64,000 nucleotides of DNA from NCBI RefSeq assembly GCF_009914755.1, contig NC_060925.1, one strand, 5' to 3'. Position 1 is the first letter of the stretch. Every line of letters begins with the position of its first letter. The notes under the pieces are model-generated. The model searched no databases. It worked only from the letters and a program-made list of their open reading frames with translations, and was not told the origin of the DNA. Source of the DNA: the human T2T-CHM13v2.0 reference genome, Homo sapiens. Both the position numbers and the translations under genes were made by a program. Below, one piece after another: positions 15,357 through 34,363 of this stretch.

Positions 15357-16030
15357 TTAATTACTTGATTAATTCTGGAAGACCTTGTAAGAGCCCAGAT
15401 CTAGGGACTTGGAGACCTTAATGCAATAATGAAGAATCCAGGAATCTTCAGTTCTCAGGCAGGTTTGGTAAATGAACAGGTGGGTTGGGTGGGGGATGTG
15501 GCAAACTGGGGAGTACAGTTCTGCTAAAAAATTAAAAATTAAAAAAGGGAAATAGTACTCAGTCAAGGTTGACTATTGAATGTTTGAGTTGCATTTGATT
15601 AGATTTTCATTTTTCAAGAGAAGACAGAAATCTGGATTTTAATGTAAAATTTCTTGATTTTAAAAGATTGTGGAGTAATTCAAAATTTGTTATAAAGCAC
15701 CGTGTAGGCCAAAAAACAAAACAAAACAAAAACCTCTGTCTTTGGATGGGACATAGTCGAGGAGGTTGCCATTTTGTGATCTGGCCTAAAAGTTGTTGTT
15801 TTTAGAGCTTTGGAATCAAGGGACATTCATGCAAACTTTCTGACAGGTTTTCCATCTAAAAGGGAGTGGACCAGGCCATTCCTAAGTTCCATGGTGGTTT
15901 GTGGAAACATCTTAGGGCACAATGGTTATCAATGCTGAGAGCAGTTTCAGCACCTGCCTCCTCTTCTGAAATCCTCCAACCTCCATGTCCATGTTTTTTT
16001 TTTTTTTTCCCCCTCATTACTTTGCTTTTA

Positions 16031-16396
<366 letters not shown>

Positions 16397-16899
16397 CTAA
16401 TTAAAGGGTAAAGTATCATAATAAAAAAGAAAATGGGAGGATCATCAGCAGAAGAGTTTTTTCTTCTTTTTTTTTTTAAGTTTGGAAGAAGGAATAAAGA
16501 TAGAAGTGCAAAGAAGCTGTAGCTCAAAATATATGGGAGGGAGCCTCAGGGTGAAACCAGTTCTCCGCCATCTGTTCCCACAAACACAGTGTAGACACAT
16601 TCAAGTATCTACTCTCCAAACGAAAGAGAGAATTTTCTTTTCCACTGAGGGGGGATCTCTCTTAGGATGAATTAGGGCTGTTATGGTGGGAGTTGGCATC
16701 CCAGAGGAAAGCTCTTTTAATTCTAGGATTTATGGTCTCTTGGCCTAAAGGCTGCCCCATTGCCTACTCAGGTCTGCCACATACTCAACTCAACCTCTCA
16801 CTGATAGGAGAGACTTTGTGGACCAAGATATCTGTATATAAAAATAACAAACGTAATCCACATCTCATAGCTGGAAAAATCAACCTGGCCCTTACTTTT

Positions 16900-17870
16900 A
16901 AAATACGATCAAGGATCATTATACATGTGAAGAAAATCAGCAGTGCGAACAAGACAAACCAAGATAAAGTTTAAAATAAATGTCCCCTTAGGAAACAGAG
17001 CTAATTTAGAAAACAGAAGATACACAATCTTTAAACTTCTGATCAGTAGTATCTTGAGAAAGTCAAGGTGACATACGGTACTCATAAAATAAAATCAGTG
17101 TGCTCTGAAGGAAAAAAAAACAAACAAAAAAAAAACAAGGACAAACTCTTTGAAATGAAAAATATGATTGCCGAAATAAGCATTATAGGATTAGAGATGA
17201 AAAGTAAATTTCTCAGAATATAGAAAAAAAAGAGACCGAAAATGAGAGAAAATGACAGAAAACACGGATCAATCCTCAATACAGAAGGTCCAGCATCCAA
17301 CTGTTCAGAGCTCCAAAAAGAGAGAACACAAAAAGTGGATGGGATGGAATTATCATAGATGAAAATTTCTCAGAGCTGAAGAGAGACACAAGTCTTCAGA
17401 TGGAAAGGGAGCCAAAGGAATGCAAAGAGAATCCCTCTTAGATTCACCATCACGGAATTTTGTGTATCTAAGAAGTCCAGAGACACACAGGCATTCCTCC
17501 AAATTACTAGAAAGAGGGAAAAAAAAATGACATAACTGTGAAGGAACGAGAATCAAACTGGCATAAGACTTCCCATCAGCAGTGAGTGTTCAAAGATAAT
17601 GGAACAAAGCTTTAAACCTCTGAAGAAAATGATTTATAAACTAGAATTTTACCCAGTCAACTGACCAAACATGTGTGAGGGCAAAAAGATAGACACTTTC
17701 AGACATGTAAAGTCTCAGAAAATGCACCTCTTGTGAACCCTTTCTGAGGAATTTACTTAAGGATATACCCCATGAAAAAGAGGGTGAAAACCAGGAAAGG
17801 ACAATATATGAGATATGAAAAATGACAGAACTAACTCAAGAATACAAAGAAAAGGAATCTCAAAGGGACA
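16900..17870 (+). mobile_element. Old L1 (L1ME-like) ORF1-region remnant
   Basis: A-rich; gaatcaaactggcataagacttc...caaagataatggaacaaagc...ctagaattttacccagtcaactg resembles the L1 ORF1 C-terminal region. Confidence 0.65.
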
Positions 17871-19855
17871 ACTCAGGAGAGAAATGTTTGCAGCAACATG
17901 GCCAGGATTATTATTTTATAAGGAGTAGGGTCGACATTATGTTTATAGGAGGAATAGGAATTACTTAGGCAAGAGTAGACTGTTTGGTCTTTGAAAGAAA
18001 GTAATACTTATAAATCATCCTTGCTCTTTGACAGCTCAGGGGGTATTACAGATGGAAAGATTAATCCGTCAAAGTACCCACTACTGCCTCCATCCACTAT
18101 CCCCTCTGGCTACTAGTCTAGAGCTCAGAACTTTTTCGCTTAGAGCCAGAATAAGCTTGGGCAGAGTCCCATTGAGATTGCCTAACAAGATGCTTGATGC
18201 TATAAGAATTTCCAGAACCAATAAGAGGCATCAGGCTGGGGCTCCATTATGAATGGAGGAGGGTAGACTGTTCAGAGGGAGAGAAGTTGGAATACCAAGA
18301 TGGAAGAAGGATCTAAGTGTGGGACTTTCCAGAAGAGGAGGATCAGGAACACAGAAGGAATGAGAAATAAGAGAGTGTTTAAACATGAGACTCTTAATGA
18401 CTAATCAGAAAGGCTATGAGCTCCTTCAGTGGAACTAGGTTAGCTAAGCTGTCATATTACATCAACTACCTGCCCAGCTTCCTTGAATCCTTTGGGAAGA
18501 AATACTTGGATCTCCACTGGTGTCTTGCATGGAGAGTCAATCCAGGGAGGGCAGTGAAGGAAGTGGGCGGCAGCCACTTCTCACAGGCCCTGGCCTGGCC
18601 TTGCTCTTGTAGATAACTAAGGGGACAGAAGATAATACTCCAGCCTGAGATACTAAAAGCCTGTGTCTCATGATCTCCATGCCAAAATGCAGTCCCCAAA
18701 ACCCGGTGGTAAGAGGGACACTTCCTGTGGGTAGGAGGGGGAGGGGATACAATCACAAAGTATTTGAGGCTTGTGGTGGAATGAGATCTCTGAGGGAGAG
18801 AGACACAGGTGAGAGAGTGGGCTGGGGAAGGAGAGAGAAGGCATTAGGAGGCATAGAGTCTCTAAAGGAAGAGTGGAAAAGTCATGGTTTGGAAACAGCA
18901 GTAGAGAAGTGGAATAATGCCAGGCCCTTCCTGGCCCAGAATTCTGTGGGAAGTAGGAGGTGGGTGGAGGGGGATTAACACTCCACTTGAAAGGGCCACA
19001 GCATACGTGCTCTCAGAGGACAGCCATGGTCTCCATGGAGGGAGGAAGTGAAGACAGCCAGCTGGGTAGGGACTGAGGGTGTACGCTTGCTGGCCACGGA
19101 ACTAGGATTCCAGAGAACGCAGTGGGAGGCTTAGAGGAAGGGCATCAGTGGGAGGCAAGGGGTGCAGTGGGGAGAAGACATGCACAGTAGTAGGGGGATG
19201 GGTCAACTGAAGTCTGGTGGAGGCTTAATTTTGGGTGGTGATGTAAGGTAACAGAAATGAGAGGCTTAGTAGGTTCCAACTGGCGCTCCGGAAAAAAGAC
19301 TTGTCCTTGTTAATGCAGTTAGAGACGCAGAGACCAAAGCCAAATGCCATTTGCCATTTGTGGACAGCCAGTTCACTGTGACCTTTGCTTAGGGGTAGAG
19401 TAGATTATTAATAGCACATTGTTTTTGTTCTTTGAGAAAGCACAGGCACAGGCGAGAAGGTTGTGAGGATTAGAGATGAGAGATGTCATTAAAAAGTACT
19501 TCACCACTACTGGGAACCAAAGGAAAAATCAAATAGCAATGTGATTTCCTGTTTTTGTCTATGTAGTTGGCAATGTTTTCTTCTTTTTTTAAATGCAGTG
19601 CCTAACGTTGAGACTGTGGGAGAAAAGACAGTTCTCACATGCTGCTATACATGAGGACAAACTTTCTGGGAGGCAATCAGTATCGACAGCTGTCAATCGC
19701 ATACGTTATGATGCGAGAATCTCATTTCTGAGAATTTGCCTTAAGGAAATATGTAATATTCATAAAGATGGAATTATAAGTTTATCGTCACAAAGAATAT
19801 AGAAATCCAAATGACCAAGAAGAGAATGATACTTAAATGAATGACAATTTTCTCA

Positions 19856-20251
<396 letters not shown>

Positions 20252-20827
20252 TTATGGGAAACAAAATCTATAAGAGCTTTGTACACGGATGATCCTATTT
20301 TTATAATCAATACATAAAAGACCAAAGGAAATGTGCTGAAATGTTAACAGTGGTGATCTCAGGTTTATTGTTCATTTTCACTTTTTTTCTTTTGCATTAT
20401 CTACCGTTTTTTTTTTTCTTCTTCAGATTTTTAGTTTGAATGTATATTACTTGAAGGGAAAAAACTGTCATAAATCATAAAATCATAAATCATAAAAGGT
20501 AATGCATGCAAATTGACTGACACATTTCAAGTGTTTGATCAACCCACTTGCTTCTATGAGCCAGAACCCAAGCATCCCCTCTGCTGGGAGCCCTCCGCAG
20601 CTGGCCAGGAGGAAGCAGATCCTTTCTCACCTCTGGACTCCCACAACACTGATTATGCTCCTGACACGACACTTCCTTCCTCTGCCACTTTGCATTGATG
20701 TGCTCACATACCCATCTCCCCCATGGATCTCAAAACACTGAGATTGCTACGCACTACAGATCTTGTAAATGCTTGTGGAAAGAATGAAATAATTATCAAA
20801 GAGGAAACCCACGTTTGGAAGTGACTA

Positions 20828-21106
<279 letters not shown>

Positions 21107-21904
21107 TCAGGGAACTGGCACCAGCAGGAAGACAGACATGGTCTTTCATGCAGGCCCCTTTCCCTTTCGTCTCCCCCCATCCCCTTGTCTTTGCCACTGC
21201 CACATCCTCTGCTGTTGAGGAAAGTCTGAATGGTGGATATTGAAAAACACCCAGTCAGGTTGGTAAAGCCGAAACAAAACAACGGAAACAAAACAAAACA
21301 AAACAAAAAAAACCAGCTTCATGAAGCACTGGGTCCCTTTTGCGGTCCAAAGGTAGATCTGGTGTATGGCTAAGTTCAGGCTCTCAAATCCCTTCAGCTC
21401 CGAAACAGACTTAGAAAGTAGAACCCAATGGGGTTGGTTCCAGAAAGCTGCGACTGCGGGGGTGTGGACTTTGACCTTAGTGAGGGCTGGGCTCCAGTCC
21501 CGTTTCTGATCTGACCAGTTTCTGTAACTTGGGGCAAATCACTTCAGCTCCAATTTCCTCGCCTGTAAATTGGGACTGGTAATACCCACCTCACAGATTT
21601 TTGGGCAATTTAAGCTGTATATGTAGATTGCGTACATAAAGCCCCCAGCACAGCATGGGGCACTCACTGTTCAATGCTCAGTAAGTGGTCATTGTCCTTC
21701 TTTGTGCTGTGTGGGGGAATGTGCTGAGACTGACCTGTGGCAACCTGGGACACACATTTCCCTACAGTGCTCATTTCCCCTCCACATATGGCTTCAACTT
21801 ATTTCATTCATTTATTCAACAAATAGACATCAAGTATCTATTATCTTCCAGATATTGTTCTAAGTGCTTGCAATACAACAGTGAAGAAAACAGACCAAAA
21901 CCCT

Positions 21905-22202
21905 GGCCTGGGCTCACGCCAGTAATCCCAGCACTTTGTGAGGCTGAGGCCAGTGGATCACTTGAGGCCAGGAGTTCAAGACCAACCTGGCCAAAATGGT
22001 GAAACCTCATCTCTACTAACAATATAAAAATTGGCCAGGCGTGGTGGTGCGTGCCCGTAGTCCCAGCTACTCGGGAGGCTAAGGCAGGAGAATCACTTGA
22101 ACCCAGGAGGTGGAGGCTGCAGGGAGATGAGCTCATGCCATTGCACTCCAGCGTGGGTGACAGAGTGAGACTCTGTCTCAAAAAACAAGCAAACAAAAAA
22201 AA
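21905..22202 (+). mobile_element. Alu inserted into an L2 3' fragment
   Basis: Both Alu arms present. L2-like ttcattcatttattcaacaaata lies upstream and continues downstream. Confidence 0.92.
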
Positions 22203-23272
22203 CAGAACAAAAAATCCCAGCCTGAAAGGACTCACATTATAAAGCCTGCCAGGGATCCTCAGGGGGAGTTCTGTGAGGCCAGGAAAGAGGGATGACCAAA
22301 GGAGCAGGCAGATAATTCTCTTTGTTTGCCCTAGGAGTCCCTGGTGGGGTCTTCCAGGCAGAGATGGATAAGGCAGGATGCGCGTGTGGGGCCCTTACAG
22401 CCACCCCTGGTGAGGTCCCCGGCCTCTTTCTTGGTGATCATATCCCTCTGCCGGTGAAATGGTTGTTTTAAATAGCTGCCTTCCAAGCCGAATTTGTTTC
22501 CCTACTCCTGCTTTGCCCGCTGTGTCCTATGTGTGCTGTATCCACATGGTTACCTCCCTCAGGAACAAGAATCTCGGTTGTAAAATATACTTAGTCACAG
22601 TGACAGACGCAGGTGCAAATTACACTCATCTACTCGATCTGAATTATTAAGTACTAATTGTTGCGCCATGTAATTAACTCACTTTCTACGTGGCATATGT
22701 ATTGTAATTACAACTGACTCATTATCCCCAAACACGTTAGAACATCAAGGAAAGGGTAACTCCTTAATAACGTTCAGTTCCTAATTTAGCAACCAGCATA
22801 GTGAAATGCTACCAAACTGCTATATTTCCTGTTTGAGTGAGCAGCTGCCAGGAACTCAGCCCTAAGAGGCACCTTAAAGTTTCTTTTCCATCATGCGGAC
22901 ACTGAAGCCTGAAGTGGTTAAGTACCTTGCCTAATAATCCCACAGCTAGTAGGTGAGAGAGCTGGTCACTGACATTGGGGCACTCAGTCATTGCAGCCAC
23001 CCAGACCCCTCTCCGTGTGCACCAGGGAAAGGAGAGGTTGGATGGACTTTGCAGAGGATATGGGCTCTGAGACAGTCAAGACCCACCTTCTCCCAGGGGC
23101 CCTCAGCTTCCTCTGGTTGGCTCTCCCCTGAAAGCTACACCCAGGGATTCTTTAAGACTGTCCACCCACTGAGTATGGGCTGGTCTTGCAAGTAGGAGAC
23201 CCATGAGAAGAGATGGACTGTGGCAAGTGGGACTTCAGGCACTGAATTTGACATTCCTTCCAACCAAGATTC

Positions 23273-23580
<308 letters not shown>

Positions 23581-24349
23581 CCCAACCAATATTCTTTAGA
23601 AATTTGTTCATTGTTTGCCTGGAATGTAGGCCAAAGGTAGCCAGGGGAAAGAGTGCTGAAAGGGAACTGGTGTGTGATGGAACCCCCCATGGTCTTAAGT
23701 AATTCATTTCTGCCTCCAAGCTTGCGGAGCCCAGTCAGCAGTTCACTGAACCCACCTCTCTTCAAAGTGGGCATCAAGCACCTTGTGAAGTTTTCTTCCA
23801 ACCACAGACAGTAATCCCCATGACGAGAGATCAGATAAATTCAATTTTCTCCATCTCATTATATTCCCAGGATTATTTTTTTCAGTCCTTATAGATTGTT
23901 GCCTGGGTCAGTCTTTGGCCTTTTGATCTGACTCTGTTTATAAGATATGGCTTGCAGAGCAGAAGAAAGGCACCTGGCCTTGAAATATAGCCCATCCTTT
24001 GCTGCATGCTTAACATCTGCCAGTCAGAGATCTATGCCTTAGGGCTTTTTAGTTTTAAGAAACTTTTATTAGCATTTCCTAACTTTCCTAAAGGGACAGG
24101 ATCACTGTTAGGCATTATCAGATCATATAAAATTGTTAAACTTATCCTGAAGACAAAGGCTGGCAGTATGAGAAAAGAGGGAAGAGGTTCAAGAGGGGAA
24201 TGGAATAGAAAAATAGGAGGTAGGGGAATGGCAAAGACCACTTAGCTTCAGGTGAGGCAGATTTAGGAGGGGAATGGCCGCCCGGTCTCCACAGAGGAGC
24301 TTGAGGCTTCGATGAGGAGAGGGCCTGTGGCTTATTTGTGTTTTTTTCA

Positions 24350-24523
<174 letters not shown>

Positions 24524-24855
24524 TTACAGACCATGGGAGCCATCACAGGGAGCCTCCAGGGAAGACCTCAGGGCTCAGAGGGTGGGGTGACTTGTTCAGA
24601 GTCAGCAAAATCATTTGTACTTGCACTCCTCTCTCTGCATCCACAGGCATTGCTCAAGGTGCTCTTTTCTCCTAAGCCCAGCTCTAAAGCAGTGCTCTAG
24701 GAAGTCCCTGCCTACCTCTAGGGGCTGGCAGGTAAGATGAAATTGATTTGCATTTTGAGACTTGACAAGGTCAAGTAGCTGGTTAATGGAAGAGCTGGTT
24801 TTCAAACTGGGAACTTCTTCCACTTGGCCACCCTACTTCTCTTGTGTGTATTTAA

Positions 24856-25239
<384 letters not shown>

Positions 25240-25299
25240 TCATGTCTCGGGGTCATAAGTAACAGAGCTCCCTAATACTGCTTTTGAAAGCTCTTTGAG

Positions 25300-27523
<2,224 letters not shown>

Positions 27524-27992
27524 CTAGAAAATCAGTATTTGAGCACATTCAGATAAGATCCCACATCCATCACTGTGCTGCTCCATGACATGAGGTGGGC
27601 TTAGATCCTGTGTCAATATTGCAGTATTTCTGGGACTTGAGCTTTGCCAGTTGGTTGGAATCACTTCCTAGATAAGTTGTGGGTTCTACTACCTGGCTTT
27701 GAGTAGGGGAGGATGGAACATACATACAGACAACAGTAAGGCTTCCCCAGATCCAAAGGAGATAATCTATAAAATGGGTTTTATTTGAACAAAGATTGTA
27801 CTGTATAGGGCAGAGGTAAGTACATGGGATTTTGAGTCAAATACACCTGGATTCATAGCCCACCTCTGCCACTTACTAATGGTGTGGTCTTGAACAAGTT
27901 ATCTCCTCTCTGTGTGATGGCTTCTCTATCTCCAACACAGAGATAACACAGACCTTACAGGGCTGTTGTGAGCATTATATAAAATATTACAT

Positions 27993-28275
<283 letters not shown>

Positions 28276-30073
28276 TATATCTATATACATATATGTATAT
28301 ATATATATTATGAAATAATATATGTAAAGCATGCAACATAGTGCTTCAATAAATTGTAGAGGGAATGATGAAAACTGCATCTTGAACAGAAAGGTCTCAG
28401 AACTTGGCTGTGGCTTAATTAGTACTATTTATATAGCTAAAGAAAAAAATGTCATTCTAAGGAAGACATTGAGCTTGGAACTTAGAAAAGGAGGAGCTGG
28501 AGGAGCAGGATTCGTTATTTCGTCATCACCATGAGTGGGAGGGAAGCTGCTGGTTCAGAGAGGCCCTTCCCCAGCACTGAGGAGATGCTGTGTCCTGGGG
28601 CACAGGCAAGCATCACAGCATGAAAGCAATTTCAGGACCATCCACCTCCATTTGTTTGGGTTGCGGACGCCAAAGCAAAGTTCTGAGGACTAAATCAACT
28701 TCTTCAGTACATTGTTCTTTCAGTACAAAGGTGTGCATTGACAATAGTTGTAAGTATTCTTATCACTGCACACGGAGAAATCAGTGTTTTGCAGTAGATG
28801 TGCCTTTAGACAGGCTTCCTGGGTCTGCTGGATTCTGGGACACTGCTAAAAGGGAGGTTCTGGAACGGGAACTGCAAGACCAAAAATTAATCCCAGGATT
28901 ACAATTTCAGGTAATGCTATTTTGGGTACAAGACTTTGCCATGGGCTGTTCACCCATCTCACCTCTGCCTTCAGAGAAGTGGGGCTTGGTAATCAGCACG
29001 GGGGCTGGGCTCCTAGAGTCTTGCTGTGGCCCAGAATTTCACAGGACGCATCCAGGATTCTGCCTGAGTAGCTTTGAAAGGTACTCACTGACTTTTCCCA
29101 ATAGAGCTTCCTTTTTAATTTTAAGAGGAGAAGGAAAACTAATGTCTTCTAAGAGGAAACTCGCTTAGCTTTGACATGTTCCTGATTTCACTAATCCGAT
29201 GACCAGCACAGGGCACTGAGATGTGGTGATACTTAAGTTCTCTCAGGCCTCGTGGTCCTCTCCTGCCTCTACCAGGTCTGCTATTCCTTACTGACAGTCC
29301 ATATTGCAGGTTCTTCCTACTCTTGCTTTCCCAGAAGTGGGGGAAAGGCTGACCTGTTTCCCCATAGGCTACTGAATATTTGCAGGTAGCAGTAGTTCTA
29401 GAAACAGTAGTCGCACTAATGATAATATTAACACAAATATGGAGCAATTACTGCATGCCAGGCATCATTCTAAACTGGTTTATGTTATTAACCCATTTAA
29501 TACCGCCATGGCATAAGTACTATCATTATCCTCAGTTTATAGAAGGGAAGGCTGAGGGCAGGACAATCAGGTACCTTGCCTTAGGTCAGATGCCTGATGA
29601 GTGGAGACTATTTTTTGATCTTAATTGGGGTGACTCGCTGAAGCGAATTCATTTCTGTCAAGGCATGGTACACTGGAATAAAGACTGCTGTGGTCTCTCA
29701 GTTGCCTGGTTTGGCACACAGCACCTTGAGTGCATCCGCGCATCAGTAAAGCAGGGATGGTGTGTGAGCCCACGCCCACACCAGGGAGGGACTTCCTCCT
29801 TCCAGTACTCAGTATGCAATTCCAAGAAATTCCCAGGAATGAAAAAAAGGCAGATGAAAATAAATGTGGCCACTGTGGCCAATTCACAGGTTCAGATATC
29901 AGAACAGGGCAGAGAACCTATCTAGAGTGATCACTCACTCATTCCTCATGCACTTACTCATCCATCAGACAACATTTACCAAGTGACCTTTCATGTTATG
30001 GGGCAGTGACTGAGCTGAGAACTGGGAATAGAAAGAGGAGCAAAACAAGAGCTTTGTTCAGGAGGAACTTCTA

Positions 30074-30250
<177 letters not shown>

Positions 30251-30537
30251 TTAAGAAGTCCAGTCATTAGTACCTTGAACCCACTTCCAGGTGAGATAAT
30301 CAGAGGCGGGTCATGTTCTGTTCAGACTTAAATAACTAGCTCAGCTCCCATCAAATGGCCCAGACGACTGCTCCCCTCTCACAACTCAGCCTTGTGTGAG
30401 CCTCAGAATGTTTCATATTCCAGGACATTTTATACTGTCTTGCATGGATTTATTTCTCAAAAAGATGCTGACTTGAACCAAAAAAAGAAAACTATTTTTC
30501 TGCCTCCCCTTTTGATTTTATTTTGGGTGTAAACTCA

Positions 30538-30804
<267 letters not shown>

Positions 30805-32223
30805 TCATCATTCTCCAGGTACACCGTCATTCATTTGTTCAATTCTTCACTTTCTCATCCCTCATTTATTCACACACAGATATTCATGAGTACTTATCTG
30901 TAAACAGGGCAAGTTTAGCCAAGTCCTTTTTGCTTATCTTCTGTCATCCTTATTGAAATTAATAATAACAAAAGAGGGGCAATCTAAGGAGTCAGTGACA
31001 CCATCACCAGCACTGAAGGGTGGGAGAGGAGCGTTTTCTGAGTGCCTCGTGGATATTAGGCGTTTTATAGGCTGCCACTCTAACCCTCACAACATCTGAC
31101 CATGCTGTGAGGTGCTCTTACTCTACTCGTGAGCAAGTGAGATTCAGAAAGGTGAAGTAAGTTCCTCAAGGTCACACAGGAATTAGGTGGCACAGGTAGG
31201 ATTTGAATGCAGGTCTGGCTGTTCCCAAACCCTGTATTCTTCCCACCACTGAGCATCTACATGCTGCATGTGGCTTTTGCGAGTACCTACTGAAGTCAGC
31301 TGACAAGCTGACCCTTCTGATCTTTGACCAGATACTTCTGGATTCACAAATTTTCTAGGCTGGAATTCATCCCTATGGGCAGAGACTGGATGATGCTAGA
31401 GGCAGGATGCTATTTACTGAGGCTAAGTTCAGTGTGGGCTCATAACCTGGCTTTTATTACTAACACAGAGTCAAGTGCTATACAAGTGTTAGCTGCTCCT
31501 GCTGCCACTGCTGCTGTTATCGTTACTATTTCCAATCACCCCAATCCTTGCTATATTAAAAAAGTGTTCTTTAATAAATACAAATATAGTACATTATCAT
31601 TAAAGAAAATTTGAGGTATTCTATGGAACAGTAGGAAGAAATCAAACTTATCCATTGCCCTCTCAGAGATAACGACTGTTAACCAATTACAGTACGTTCC
31701 TGGAGTGTTTATTCTCTGCAAATATAAATATTTTTGTTTTATACAACTTGCATTATATGTTATATAGCTTGTGTTGATCCTTGCACACTTATTATTATAT
31801 TGCAAGAATTTCCCATATAATTACATTTCTTAGAAAATATGATTGAAATAACTTCATAGGATTTAATCATACAGATTTACTAGAATGTATTTAACAGATA
31901 CTCTGTTAACCATTTAGGTTTCCAAAGTTTTGCAATTTAAAATAAAGCTGCAATGAAATCTTTTTTTATATATGCATCTTTTACGTTTTTTTCTTTTTCT
32001 TTTTTAACTAGGAAGATTCAAGTACATGACCCTTTTGAAAGTACAGATATCTCCTGCTGAATGTCAGTAATCCTTTCCTGGAAATCAAATGTTCTGTGTA
32101 AAGATATTAACTAGGAGCCTATATCCCATTATTTTAAGTGGGAAAAAATTATACTGTGTTGTACTTCAACCCAAAATCCAAAAAGTAATTAAGACAAAAT
32201 AAAATACCTAAATATATGCAACA

Positions 32224-32403
32224 AACCATTATGTTAGAGAAGTTAAATACTTAAAACATCACGATCACCCAACAACATGGTGTGACAAAACAGCGCCTCT
32301 GTGCATTGCATACTGTACCATCCACATCCAGTGCGCCATGAAATCTTGCAGCTTGAGACATTATAAAACTCTAGGCAGAAAGAAGGTCTAGCTATGAAAG
32401 ACT
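32224..32403 (+). repeat. Copy 1 of a ~180-bp local direct duplication
   Basis: aaccattatgttaga...gaaggtctagctatgaaagact, about 90% identical to 33193-33376. Confidence 0.95.
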
Positions 32404-33192
32404 CAGTGGGAATGCATTCAGGACTGGCACTAGGTGGTAGAGTACAGTTTACAATGAACAGCATGGAGTGACACCTCAGAGCCAGCAGCCTCTGAGACAC
32501 ACATCCCCGCCATGGAATTGGAGCCCCTTTCCAAAAGTCCGCATGGGATTCTGACATTTTACCAACTGTAGTTGGAATGCAGCTTGAGACTTTCCCTGCA
32601 TATAGATTTATTGAAAATGGTGTACTATGTTTTGGGGGATCTAACTGTAAATGTTTTCTATAGACGCACTCGCTGAAATGTATCGTACTGAGAGATACGT
32701 AAGCTCTATGAAATGTGGGTGTTAAAACTAAGAGGCACTCTTGAGGTAACCAAGTGGGTTTACCTTTGATTTAACATAAGCCTGGGAAGGCCACGTCCAC
32801 ACTTGCTGCATGCTTCCACTTTGCCCTCCAGGAAAATGGTTCCCATTGATACTGTCAACAGAGTGACTGTTCCTCCAGCACTGGGTGCCATCATTCTTCT
32901 TTCACCCAGTTCATGTAATGATTGTCTATGGAGGGCTCACCCTGGGTCAGGCACTGTGTCAGGTGATGAGGTTACAAGAACAACCAAAACAAATACATCC
33001 CTTGCCCTCACAGAACTTAGGCCCCACTGGGAGAGATAGTCGTCTGTTTTAATCTTTGTTAACTTGCTAAACAAAAAAGCAGCATTTATTTTATTTTAAT
33101 TGGCATTTGATAACTAATTAGGCTAAGCATTTTTCACGTTAATGGCCTATTTGCATTTCTCTTTTTAACTGTCTATTAAAAGAGTTGTGATG

Positions 33193-33376
33193 AACCAATA
33201 TGTTAGAAGTTTAAATACTTAAAACATCACTTCATGATCACCCAACAATATGGCGTGACAAAACAGTGCCTCTGTGCATTGCATACTGTACCATCCACAT
33301 CCAGTGCACGGTGAAACCCCGCAGCTTGACACATTATAAAACTCTAGGCAGAAAGAAGGTCTAGCTATGAAAGACT
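33193..33376 (+). repeat. Copy 2 of the ~180-bp local direct duplication
   Basis: aaccaatatgttaga...gaaggtctagctatgaaagact. Confidence 0.95.
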
Positions 33377-33733
33377 TTCTTTGCCCCTATTTTTCTTATA
33401 AATTTGAAGAACTCTGAATATTCAAGGTTGACCTTAGCCGTTAATTATATTTTCCCAGTTTATCATTTGCTTAGTTTTATTTATGGCACTTTTGATTTGT
33501 AGAAGTATTAAGTTTTTATGTAGCCAATTATAATTTTTCTTAATAAGTTAAAAAAATTGGTGCCTTCCATTCTCAGTGTCATACTTATCTTCAAAACTTC
33601 TAAGGCATACTAAACTTTTCCAGGAAAAAAAAATGAATAAAAACAAATCCCCACTTAAATACAGCCTGGGTACTTTATATTTTGTGATTACTGTTTTGAT
33701 TGGGGTGATTTTCCATTACATTTTAAAACTAGG

Positions 33734-34038
33734 TTTTTTTTTTTTCAGGGTCTTGCTCTGTCACCCAGACTGGAGTACAGTGGCACAATCATGGTTCACT
33801 GCAGCCTTGACCTCCTGGGCTTAAGCTATCCTCTCACCTCTGCCTCCCAAGTAGCTGGGACTACAGACTCATGCCACCACACCTGGCTAATTAAAATTTT
33901 TTTTTTTTTTTTTTTTTTTGTAGAGATCGGGTTTCAAGATATTGCTCAGGCTGGTCTCAAACTCCTGGGCTCAAGTGATCCTCCCACCTTGACCTCCCAA
34001 AGTGCTGGGATTACAGGTGTGAGTCACTGTGCCTGGCC
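33734..34038 (-). mobile_element. Alu (AluJ-like)
   Basis: gcagccttgacctcctgggcttaagc and actcctgggctcaagtgatcctccc are J-type diagnostics. Confidence 0.92.
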
Positions 34039-34195
34039 ATAAAATTACAAATTTCTGTTTAATGCGGGAAGCTCATGGGATACTAAAAAGCAACAAAACA
34101 AAAATTTCCCAAATCTCACCATCTAGGCATAAGCATTGTGAAGATTTTGCTGTAGGATCTTGGGTCTTTTACAGACACGCCCTCCCTATTTCCCA

Positions 34196-34197
<2 letters not shown>

Positions 34198-34240
<43 letters not shown>
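34198..34240 (+). repeat. (CA)~22 microsatellite; (UG)n in the pre-mRNA
   Basis: Seen directly. Confidence 0.98.
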
Positions 34241-34245
<5 letters not shown>

Positions 34246-34251
34246 TCTTAC

Positions 34252-34363
34252 CACATTGATGGTATCCCACTGTATCCACCATGTTATTGCTACAGAACTC
34301 TAGGGCAGGGGACATTCAAGGCAGACTCTTCCATTTCATTTTGTGAATACCCTTCTTCTTCCC
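34252..34363 (-). other. Putative cryptic/poison exon of CSMD2 (112 nt)
   Basis: Acceptor ctcaacacctcaccctcttcccctcag|GGGAAGAAGAAG, donor GTG|gtaagagtata(tg)n, in-frame TAG. Usage is inferred, not observed. Confidence 0.4.

Noticed and set aside
28590-29925. 192-aa and 181-aa plus-strand ORFs
   Set aside because: Non-ATG starts, MER/MIR-derived segments and no recognisable protein family.
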